From Azolla caroliniana (lineage: Eukaryota; Plantae; Polypodiophyta): a stretch of 64,000 bases of DNA. Positions 9,712 through 21,099 of the stretch are shown here, one piece after another; position 1 is the first letter of the stretch, and each line of letters opens with the position of its first letter. The stretch lies in contig JBHGNT010000008.1 of the NCBI GenBank assembly GCA_043228905.1, positions 9,672,001-9,736,000 on the forward strand, given 5' to 3'. The position numbers and the translations under genes are program-made. The notes beneath the pieces are model-generated. The model did not search any database. It was not told the origin of the DNA and saw only the letters and a program-made list of their open reading frames with translations.

Positions 9712-12700
9712 CGTGGTGCCACGCGTTCTTGAACTAGGAGTTTGTGAATGCCTTTAGTCGTTTTAATAGTCGCTATCTTCTCCTTTTTTTAATTTTTTTA
9801 TTTTTTCGTAACGGTTATCTACAACCTATTTTTACATTATGGTACAAGTGGGGCCGCTCATTTACAGTGCGGGTTCTCCGACTATGTCCTGTTCGGTGGT
9901 GAATGGGTTAGGTGGCATAGGGCCCAGAAAGGGAAACCCATTCACCTTTTGCCGTACTACTTCCCCGGCCAGCGTACCTAGCTGGAACGTGCCTTGTTCT
10001 GCTCCAATTATCCAGTATGGGCCGGTCCAACGGAATCGTAACTTCCCTGGCATATGGCCCATGCGAGTTTGGAAAACCAGCACCGCTCGACCCACGGCGA
10101 ACTCCTTTTCCTTTGTGTTCCGATGTCAATCCACAAACGCTTTACGTCGTTGATGTTCCTGCTCCAACACAGCCATACTGTGTACGCGTTTTTCCCCGAG
10201 TTGGAGGAGTTGGTGGACCCGTACCTCCTCCGACTTGGCTTCTGATAGTTGGTTCCGTACTTGAATTCGCAAACTGGGTACCTGAAATTCGACCGGCATC
10301 ACAGCCTCTAGTCCAAACGCTAGTCGAAACGGTGTTGACTATATGCTTGTTTTGTAGCTGGTTCTGTACACCCATAACGCACTCTGTAATTTAGTATCCC
10401 AGTCCGTTCTATTTTCATTGACGATTTTCTTCAAAATGGTCTACAACGTCTTGTTGGTGGATTCTGCTAATCCATTCACCTACGGATAATATGGCGTACT
10501 CTTCTTATGGACTACGGGGTAATGATGTGTTAGTTCCTGAACCACCATATTGAGAAAGTGACTCCCCTGGTCACTGATGAGCTCAATCGAACAACCGAAC
10601 CGGCACAAGATGTGCTCGTAAAGGAATCTGGCTGTGACGGCCGCCGTATTTTCCCGTAGTGCCTTTGCTTCTACCCACTTGGTGCAATAATCCGTGGCTA
10701 CCAATATGTATTTATTGCCCGTACGGGCTGCCGCCGATGTGAAGGGGCCCACAAAATCCAATCCCCACTTTTGGAAGGGGTCTAGCGGTAATATGGGCTG
10801 GTGTGGCATCCTTGCGCCCTCTGCGGGCTGGCCCATCCGTTGACACAAATCATACTTTCTACAATTCTCGGATGCGTCCTTCTGCGTTGTTGGCCACCAT
10901 AAGCCCACCTGCCATACTTTCCGAGCTGTAACGTTGCCCGCGTAATGGCCGCTTGCCGTAAAACTACTTCCTTCTCATCTTGACGTACCCCACGTCGCCA
11001 AATGCCGTCAGTTCCTTTGTGATATAAAACGCCTTTGACGAGGCAAAAGTGACAGCTTCGGACGACGAGTCGTTTCTTGTTGTCCGTGCATAATTGTGGT
11101 GGAGGCAGTCCCGTAGTAAAAAAGTACGTCATTTCCATAAGCCACCGGTCCAGAAAGGTCGATTCCGTTCTTTCTGCTAGTGTTGCTACCCGCAGGATAT
11201 CGGCGTCCGGAAAATCGTCGTCATCTTTCTGTACTGTTTCTCCATTCTCAAGTCTGCTCAGAAAATCCGCCACTGTATGTTGTGTCCTTGGTCGGTGCTG
11301 GATTACGAAATCGAATTCCTGGAGCAGTAACATCCACTGCACCAATTTCCCCGTCAGGGCTTGTTTCTCCACCAAATACATTAGCGTCGAATGATCCACG
11401 TGGACCGTGAATTTCCTTCCTAATAAATAATGCCGGAATTTATTGATGCTATAGATCATCCCTAGCGCCTCCCGCTCCGTTGTGGAATAGTTACACTCTA
11501 TTGTTGATAATTTGCGACTAGCGTAGTATACTAGCCGGTACCAGTTTGGTTTGGTGAGCTGCATTAGTGCACTTCCTATTGCTATGTCTGAGGCGTCGAC
11601 GAACACGTGGAATGGCTTCACCCAAACTGGTGGTTGTACGACGGGAGCCTGTGTGAGCATTATCTTAAGTGCCTCATAGGCCTTATCCTCCGTTGCAGTC
11701 CAGTGGAAAGGAATCCGATGTACGACAACATGTAATAGCGTGGCGAAGTCCGCCAAATACCGTATCATCCGACTATGCCACCATATTTGTCCTAAAAACC
11801 GGCGGAGCGATTTGGCGTTTGTCGGAGTTTTCGCTTCCGTAATCGCGGAGATCTTATTTGGATCAACCGCTATTCCCTCCATTCTAACTATATGGCCTAG
11901 GAGAGTCCCGCTGGTCACGCCGAAAGCACATATCGCAGGATTTAGGCTTAAGCGTGCGGTGTAGCAACGTTCTAGGCATAGTTGTAAGTGCGCAAAATGG
12001 TCTATTGTTCTCCCATATACCGCAAAGTCGTCTAAAAAAACTTGCATGAACGCCGGAATGTATTCCCCAAAGATCTCCGTAATTTTTCGTCTTTAGCCCG
12101 AACATCATGAAGACTGCCACATATACTCCCTAGTCCATGACAAATGTCGTCTTTTCTTAGTCCTCGGGATGCATGTGTACCTGGTTATAGCCACTGAAGC
12201 CATCTAAAAAACTGTACATCTCATGACCTGCGACGGCGTCCAATACGCTATCGGTGAAGGGTAAGGGAAATGCGTCCGTAATGGTTACGGCGTTTAATTT
12301 TTGGTAATCTACGCATACCCGTATTTTGTCGTTTTTCTTTGGAATGACCACTATCGGGCTTAACCACGTCGCTTGTTTAACTGGTCGTATGAACCCCACC
12401 TTCAGGAGCTTGTCAATTTCTTCTTTCACGCGAGTCGCGTAGTTCAGGTTCATGCTGTAGTGGCGCTGCTGGACGGGTTTCGCGTCGGTTGCTAAATTGA
12501 TCTTATGCTAATAGAACTTGGGATCTAACCCCTTCATGTACTCGTGAGCCCAAGCGAACACATCCTTATATTCCGTGAGTAGTGCGATCATCGTGTTTCA
12601 CTCGTCCAGCCTTAATTCCTTTGCGATGGAGAGGAAACGGGGCTCTGATTCCGTACCCACATTTACTTCTTCCAAGGCGGAAGTGGTGACTCGTCGTGAG

Positions 12701-14645
12701 ATCTCCATTTCCCTTTCGAATGCCGCCCGTGCTCTGCTGAGTTCCAATATGGACTCTGGGTTTGGTTCGTAGGCCTCGTCGTGGAGCATAGTGGTCGTGG
12801 CATATCCAGCTGCGGTTGCGATGACGTCGATTTCGAACAGCGGAATGATCCGTGGGTGCTCATCTGGGTATGCCTCTAATTCTGCATCGTTCACCCCAAC
12901 CAACATATTTATATCTTTTGCGTATAATGGTGTTATACCCTTGGGTTGTGGTGTGCTTCCTTCCGTAGGTACGCGAACCTTGGTGCGTCCGTGTCGGAAA
13001 CTGATACACTTGTGTTGCCAGCTCTACTTGATATTTGCTGCCCGAAGCCATGGTCTGCCGAGAAGCACTGGGTACGCCCCTGGGGCATCCAAAGCGAGGA
13101 AGACCGTCGAGATGTCTAAGCGGTGTCCGCCCACGATAATGCCTATTTTGCGAATTAACCCCAATGGTCGTACTGAGCGGGTATCTGCCATTCGGAGCTA
13201 GAATGGGCAAGCCTCCCATTCTGAAATGCCTAACTGCTCGCAATTTTTGGTGCTAATTACATTGACGCCTGAGCCGCCGTCGATTACGCATCCAGGAATT
13301 TCCTGTCTGTGTAATATTAATGTAATAGCCGGGTTGTGCTGATCCACTATCGACGGTCCATCGCTAACATCTGTAAGGTTTGTAGCAATACTCACCCCGG
13401 GTATGCCTGTTACCCGTTCTTCCATGGTCTGGCGGAAGCGTGGGACTAGCTACAGTAGTTTCTCCATGGTTAACGTTATCTCACAGCCTGCTAACGCCTG
13501 CCAAATGGGGTCTAGGACCGGTCTTTCGTCCTCTGCTCACTCCATTGTGTTCGTGGACTCCTTCCGCATTTGTTCCGTATTTGTCGCGTTTGCTTTTTCC
13601 ACCCACGCTTGGGCTTGTCGGCATACCTCGTCTTTCGCAGCCCAATCAACCGTTTTTGATTGCTGGGGTGTCGTGACTTGCTGCACTTCTGCCGTAATCG
13701 TATTGACAGCGGGCCCCTTTCACTTGCGTGTTGGGCATTGCGTGGCATAATGTCTGGGTTGCTGACAAATAAAATAATGGATGCTTGATTCACCCTTCTC
13801 GGCTCCTAGTGGTGTGTGCCGCTCCCCCGGTGCTACTTGTTCCTCGTTGTAACCGGGCATGCCAAATTGTGTTACTCGTTCCTTTGGAAAACACCTTCGA
13901 TGAGCCCACAGGCTATCGGTGTCAAGGGATCGTGTTACGTGGAAGCTTCTTCTACATGGGAAAAAGAGAGGAGAACAAGGATCGTACATGGGCTACAACC
14001 CGTTAAGTATGAACGTAGCCCGATTTACGAGTACAGGGAGAATACACAAATAGAAGTTTTGGAAAGGCGAAACTTATATTCCATAATAAAGCTTACAGTG
14101 ATTATAGTACTTGGCCTTAGCCGGAAAAAGTACGTACAGAGCTAACTCCTATGATATTACTCTCACTCAGAATGATCTAGATATCCCCCTGTCGAGGTAT
14201 GCAGACCTCGGTTTATATACTTTTTCTTCATATAGAGCCGAGCCGTCGGCTGATTGTGAGGCTCGAAACTCGGCGTTTTCCTAAACTCTACCTTCCTCAC
14301 CTACTAACCTTACCTACTGGTGTACTACATTTAATGAATTTATCTTTTTGTCCCATGGACAACAATGGTCCACATTCTAGCTAGTCCTTATTTGAGATCA
14401 CATTCTGATAATCCCTAAAATTGCCAACATATGCAAATTACATGTAGCTTTTTGCATAGCTAATTAGTTATGTCAATGACACAACTAATTGTTCCCGTTC
14501 CCATGCTTTCACCCCTTCTAGTTCTCCCCTATGTTTGGCTTGCTCTAGCTCGCTCGTTCTACTCCCCCTACAATCGACTGCTCTTCCCTTGGCCAATTTT
14601 CTTCCAATCGTTCTCTCATCTAATTCAACTTCTGTAGCTTATTCG

Positions 14646-14881
14646 GTTACCGTACGAGATGTATGGGTGATTGATAAGTGAGGGTGAAAGATGTAATGTA
14701 TGTGTAATGTTATATGATTATGAGTATGAATGTAAGTGTGAGTGTGGTGGATACAAAGAGGCGTGAGTGAGTGACTAGGTATGAACGCCCAAGGGGACTT
14801 GCACCCTTGTGTATCTACCCTTTTGTAACTATTTAACACCCCTTATGGGGAATGAATGAAGAGAAGGATCATTTCTCTCTG

Positions 14882-14924
<43 letters not shown>

Positions 14925-17025
14925 TCTTTCTCTCGCAGTACTTGTTAGCTATCGGTCTCTTGGCCGTATTTATTCTTCGATGGAATTTACCACCCACTTA
15001 GGGTTGCATTCCCAAACAGCCCGACTCGTCGACAACACCTCATCAGGTTACTTGCACCTCCGTGGGTTTGCCACCCACCAGCTCGCGTACATGTTAGAAA
15101 ACTTTTTGGCGACCACTACGGCGACCCTGCTTTGGAGACGAAGTCGAATACTAATACATGGCAAAGACTAATACGAATTGTGTGAGAATGGTGGCGATGA
15201 TGTGCGAGAAATCAAATTGACAATGTGCGGGAAATGGTGATGGTGATTAGAAGCCATCGAGGTCGAGGAATGCAACAGGGTGATGTTGTGCGAGAGGACG
15301 TCGCAAAAGGATACGCAACAGACATATGTGGAAGCGTGCGGTTAGTGACAATGTGTGTGTCCAGGAAAGCGTGGTACGAGAGACAACCAATAAGACAAAG
15401 ACGAATAGGTCGGATGGACAAACATAAATGGGGACACCGACAACCGGAGGATGGCCAAAACTGTGACAAAAATGGAAGGCCGACATAGGCAACAGAAACT
15501 AACGACGACCGGAGCGGAAGGACAATAGGGCCGGAAATGGCTAGAATGACGGACAACGACGGATCGTCGGCCAAAGCAGCAACAACCGGACAAACGACCA
15601 AAAACAGCCGGTGAAAACGGCCAGATGGACTAAAACGAACCGGAACGGACAAACGGATGGACCGAAAGACGAATGACAATGCTGGACAGAGATGACGAAA
15701 GAGGTGGCTGGAGATGGAGACGGAAACAGTGGCAGTTGTCAGACAGGGCCGACAGGACGACGAAGATGCCTGACGACAAACAACCAAACAACGGACGGAC
15801 AAATAGGCGGACAACGGAAAACAACAACTAGGAGATGGCCGAAGTGACAAAGAGGCAACCGAAAGGGTTGGATAGAGAGAGGCAGCGGTGTCGACAAAGA
15901 TGTTGGACAACGGCCAATATGTACAGCGATGGCCGAATGATGGCCAAAAGAGAGAAAGGCCGGATAGGGCTAATAGATGGCGACGACGCCGGACACTGGC
16001 CACACAGAAACGGTTGTAGAGCCAGAGACAGATGGCGACAACCGCCGACCAATGGATACTATGGAGCTTCAGAAGGAGAGGAAGCAATAACATGCATAGA
16101 ACAAGGAGAAATAGAGCAGAGAAAGAAAAAAAGAATGAAGGAGAAGAAAGGACGGAGTAGCACAAACAGAGACGAAGAGAAAGAAAGATAGGAGAAATGG
16201 AAGAAGAATTCATGGAAGACATGGAGAGACGGAGAAGGGAGCAGGAGAGACAGAGAAAGAAGAAGAAAGAGGAAAAAGAAAGAATACAGAAGACGAAAAG
16301 GTAGAAGACCGGAAGAAGAAGAACACATCAAGCAGGAAGAAATGCTTCTTGTTGCCAGCAGAATCCAAGGAGAAATAAACAATTACAATAATCATAATAA
16401 TTAAACAAAAGAGAGGGAAAAACAAAACACAAGGGCATAAGTAGTAAATTTCATAAACATAAGGGTACATAATTAAAATTTTAAAAATCAAAGGGCACCT
16501 ACAAAATTTCGAAAACTCATCAAACTAAAAGAAATGGACACGATCGACACACAACTCACAAAATCAACAAAAGGAAGATACACATACAAACAACATTTTT
16601 GGACCCATGATACCAATGTTCGTGTCGATGAAGATTCGCTGACCGACGGAGATGTTTGAGTCAAGCACTCTGATCGAGGGAGTCAATCGTTGAGAGGACC
16701 GATGGAAATTCCGGTTGAAGAAAAATTATGATTAAGGCATGTGGGATCTACATGCAAGGCACTCTTCCACTGGCGTGCCATATTGTGTTACCGTACGAGA
16801 TGTACAAGTGATTGATAAGTTAGGGTGAAAGATGTGTGTAATGTTATATGATTATGAGTGTGAATGTAAGTGTGAGTGTGGTGGATACAAAGTGTTGTGA
16901 GTGAGTGACTAGGTGTGAATGCCCAAGGGGACTTGCACCCTTGTGTATCTACCCTTTTGTAACTATATAACCCCCCTTATGGGGAATGAATGAAGAGAAG
17001 GATAATTTCTCTCTCTCTCTCTCTC
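14646..17025 (-). mobile_element. Non-coding LTR element: two ~240-bp direct repeats (14646-14900, 16786-17025) around a non-coding interior
   Basis: Both repeats begin GTTACCGTACGAGATGTA and stop at a (CT)n tract; PBS-like TGGCACGCCAGTGG on the minus strand at 16767-16780; interior is purine-rich and low-complexity. Confidence 0.7.
14923..15098 (-). pseudogene. Two fused, decayed fragments of nuclear 26S (LSU) rRNA
   Basis: Minus strand reads GAGTCGGGCTGTTTGGGAATGCA...GAGACCGATAGCTAACAAGTACTGCGAGAGAAAGATG (14923-15042) and TCTAACATGTACGCGAGCTGGTGGGTGGCAAACCC...GCAAGTAACCTGA (15041-15098); both match conserved LSU rRNA segments. Confidence 0.9.
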
Positions 17026-17229
17026 CCTTATGTTGAACCCGCTTGGGAGGGGGGTGGAGCCATTCTAGGCACCAACCCCCACCCCACAATGCTTCTCAAT
17101 GCTCATCCCATCATCATCAATTCCACAATGCTTATCTCCATCATCACAACCATCATTATCATCATGCTATCATAATCGTCATCCCTAAACCTAAAACATA
17201 CAACATATTCGACTGCCCTCTCGTCAAGT

Positions 17230-19700
17230 ATCTCCTCGACTTTCCCCCTCAAGTTCGGCAATTTGAGGTGTTGTAGACCAAGCATACCAGAGCATTGCCA
17301 CTACTTGTCAAGTTCATGAGGTTTGATGAAAACGTTGCCCACGTGCCGATCAGTCAGAACATATTATAGTTCCACTTCACCACTGAGAACTCGCTCGCGC
17401 ACGAAGTGACAATGCACTTCAATGTGTTTCATCTGAGCGTGGAAGATGGGGTTCCTCACTAGTTGGATACTGTTGAGGTTGTTACAGTAGATCCTCGTTG
17501 GATCAGACACCTCCACATGTAGTTCCTTCAATAGCCTTTTTAGCCAGATGGATTTGTACGTTGCGACAACCACTACTCTGTATTGGGCCTCAGTGATCGA
17601 TAGTGCCATTGTCGCCTGCTTTTTGCTGCATTAGACGATTTCCACACTCCCTAATGAGAATGTATATCTCGATGTCAATCAACATTCACTTGCACTTCTG
17701 GCCCAATCCGCATCTATGCAATAGACTAGATGTCCGCTTACACCTGTCCAAGAGAGCATCCCATGTTCCTTCATGTCGTTGACATAACACAATATTCTTT
17801 GTGTGAATTGAAGGTGAGCAGATGTCAACTACGACATAAGTTGACTGATCAAGCTGACCGGATAGCTGAGGTCCGGCCAGGTGATGGTCAAGTAGATCAG
17901 GCTTCCAATAATCTGTCGAAACTGATCATGTCACAAGTCAACCTTGATCCATGGTGAAGCATGACATTCTTGTTAAGAGGAGTCGAGATGGATTTACAAT
18001 CCTTCATGCCGAACTTGAAGAGCATATTCAACACGCAATGCCTTTGGTTGATCAATATGTTGTCTGGGGTTTAGATTACTTTGATGCGGAGGAAATAATG
18101 AAGGTCCCCTAGATCCTTCATCTGGAATGATGCCGCCAACTGAGACTTTATGTGGCCGATTTCCTCCAGATCGGTGCCGGTGATGACTAGGTCATCCACA
18201 TAGAGCAATATGCACACTAGTCCGTGTTGACCTTGCCGGATCAACACGGAAGAATCTGACTTGGACTTGTACCTAATGATAGTACCGCCAACGTTGTATT
18301 TCACTTTGAATACCCATTTGCAACCGATCGGCTTCACTCACTTTGGGGGGGTCAACAAGGTCCCATGTCTCGTTTTTGGCCAATGTGTGCAATACTTCCT
18401 CCATGGCCGTTTTCCAATTGGCATCTTGTGTCACCTCTACATAGCTCTCTAGCTCACGTATCTCCGCCACTCTAGTCATGTACGCATATTTATGCATCAT
18501 GTACTCATTGTACCTGTACCGGATTACGAGATTCTTCTAGTGAGTTGATTGACACAACCTCTTATTCCCCATCTTCAAGGACCTCTCGGATGATTCTGAC
18601 CTCAACTACAGAGCTTGTAGATAAGTTATGGCCCTATTGGATTCACTCCAATCCGACGTGTCCGCTTGGGTGCCTTATTCTGACATCTTCTTCTTCCCTT
18701 TTTCCTTACCGGTGAACCATCTCTTCGGCTTCACCCTCAGGGATTACACGACTAAGTCCCATCACTCGTCAAAATGTCAAATGGATGGCTATTCTGACTC
18801 AGCCCCTTAGTCGGCATGCTTAGCCGAAATGAGGTCGTACTCTCATCCGGAGCACCGGCCTCTTCTTCCATGATCATCTCCACCTCACTAGCCTCATCTC
18901 TAGAATTAGGCATGGAGTCCACAGGGCCGAATTGGTCGGAGGTTGGTACCATGATGTCATTTCGTCGAACACGACATCAAGCCTAATTCGAACCTGTTTT
19001 GTTCGGGTGCTATAATATTTATAATCCTTCTGCTTGTTCGAGTAGCCAACTAAGATACATTTCTCGGCTTTGGCATCCAGCTTCCTCCACTTGTCATTCG
19101 ATACATGCACATATATTATGCTACTGAACACACTCAAGTGTCCCAAATTTCCCTTGCACCCAAAATAAACCACAAGTGGCAACACTTTGCCTCTGGCCGC
19201 AGATGTCCGATTCTACAAGTACACTATCGTCCTGATGGCTTCGGCCCAGTAAAACTTGGGCATGCTCTTCTCTTTTAGCATTGCCCTGATGGATTCTTTT
19301 TTTCGTCCGATTCTTTCACTCCACGTCGTTCTGCTTTTGGTTGTATTTGTAGGGGAATTCGTGTTGAATTCCTTCCTTCTACAGATAACTAGAGAACTGG
19401 TTGGGAATTACTCTTTCTTGCCATCGGACATTAGGCACTTGCCATTCGGGGTGGCTTTTCACCTTTAGGAAGTAGGATAAGACTTCACTCTTCTTCTCAA
19501 TCAAGCACGCCCAAGTGTGCCGAGTGGAGTCATCAATGAAGGTGACAAAATATCGACTCCCTCCGATGCTCACATCCTGTGCCGGTCCCCACACATCTGA
19601 ATGGATTAAATCGAGCTTGTTTTGGCTCCAATTTTGTTCATTAGGGAAATGAAGTGAGTGTTGCTTCCTGAATTGGTAGGCCTCGTAGACGTGGCTATTG
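17230..19700 (-). mobile_element. Decayed Ty1/Copia fragment (INT, RT, RH)
   Basis: WGPAQDVSIGGSRYFVTFIDD; KLDAKAEKCILVGY; PIGCKWVFKVK; LLYVDDLVI; KHIEVHCHFVRERV. Confidence 0.9.
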
Positions 19701-20029
19701 GCCGGTTCAGAGGACCAAGTGTGAAAGGGATGAAAGGCGGTTATGGGGTGAGCTGAAAGCGGGTGGGGCCGAGCAAAGCAATAAAGAGAGCGGGAAGTAA
19801 AAATAGCGAATATTTAATATGAGTAACAATTCACGCGACGATTCGTAATCGTTCATAATCCCTATAAAGAGGGACACGAGAAGTCTGTAAGAAGCTAGTA
19901 CTGTATCATGTGCGTCTTCGCTAATAGAATTTTGTTTGCCTTATACATTGCGTTCTGTGTCGAAATCTTTTGTGAAGAATAGTGCGCAATATCGCTCGGC
20001 CACAACGAAGTCTTGAATCAGTGAAATGG

Positions 20030-20457
20030 GAATGAATGAGAGAGTACACAGAAATAGCACAGGATGTTTATGTGGGAAAACCCTAATAGGGAAAAAACCA
20101 CGGGAGCCCACGGACTCCAACTATCACTATATGAGAGGAAAATACAAAGTGGAGGCACAGAGGCAACGACCTCGTGCTCGCGATCTTCGCCAGACGGTGG
20201 TTACAAAAGAGAGTGCTCGTAGCTACTCTCTCGCTCTCATTGTACAGTAGTTAGGCACATACATCAATATGACAATAACAACAACCTTATAAAGTGATTG
20301 ACCTAAGACAATAACAACAACCCTAGCCTCAATAGGCTTACTCAAAACATATTTATAGATATGTCTTCTCTTCCAGTTCTCACCGGCTCTCTTCCAGTTC
20401 TCACTGGGTCCTCTTTATTAATCACTCGATCCCATTCGGAGAGACCGATTTCCCAAG
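20030..20457 (-). mobile_element. Copia (Tork/Tnt1-like) LTR, inverted homologue of 24695-25140
   Basis: The reverse complement shares AAATC.GTCTCTCCG.ATGGGATC, GAGTAAGCCTATTGAGGCTA and GGGCTCCC.TGGTTTTT..CCCTATTAGGGTTTTCC with 24695-25140. Confidence 0.85.
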
Positions 20458-21099
20458 ATCTTTCTATGTACGTAATCAGTCGGTTGTAGACCGCTCGAAT
20501 TCATCTCCACAGTCATACAATCATGCTCTATGTGATTCATACGTGTATTATTAGTATCGTTTTCTTCATCGAGACGATCCCACTGCAACTTCCCGACCAC
20601 AAGACCTATAGTCGAAACTAAAGGAAGAGTATCCAACACCATGTTATCCTTAGTGGTAACACTTTTCGCACGCCTAGTTGATCTATGAGTACACAAAAGA
20701 ACATCGGGGAGTGAATGTCGTCTAGCCGACGAGGAAACAAAGCGACGACGCGACGAGGCAAACCTCATACTCGAGCGGAATCCCAATGCGTGATAGAGGT
20801 CTCATTGGAACAGTCTCTACTAGACGTTGTGAAGATTTCCGGCTATAGTGTGAAATCGGGGTGGAATAGGGCAAGTCGGTGGTGTGCAACATGTGCACAT
20901 GTATAGTGGGAAAACGGTGTATAGAATAAGGGGGAGTATTGATCCCACATTGTAACGTTCCTCCCTCCTTGGGTTATAACGGGAAGGGAGGGGTCTCTTG
21001 TATGGGGTTGCCCATTTTTGAGTCCTAAGGGCATACCATTTTTTAGAGGGTCATTTTATTAGGAATTTCTAGGGTTAGTAACTTCTTCTCCTTCTCCTT

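Larger units (their letters stand above)
6186..14364 (-). mobile_element. Decayed Ty3/Gypsy non-chromovirus (Athila-like) element B: gag end, PR, RT, RH, INT, extra ORF; flanked by two diverged LTR-like segments
   Basis: Zinc knuckle ICQQPRHYATQCP (~13740); protease VIDGGSGVNVIS (13198-13425); RT 11900-12453; RH FVDASDIAIG and EREALG (10782-12047); integrase KWGLDFVGPF, DYCTKWVEA, STPYYP (10480-10908) and GPY (9862-10095); no chromodomain. Flanks 6186-6535 and 13933-14364 both begin TGTTGTCC on the minus strand. Confidence 0.9.

Noticed and set aside
14923-15098. Functional rRNA gene
   Set aside because: Only ~175 nt, mutated and out of order.
15212-16222. 336-aa minus-strand ORF
   Set aside because: Antisense reading of purine-rich low-complexity repeats, giving a Ser/Leu/Cys/Val-biased product with no domain motifs.
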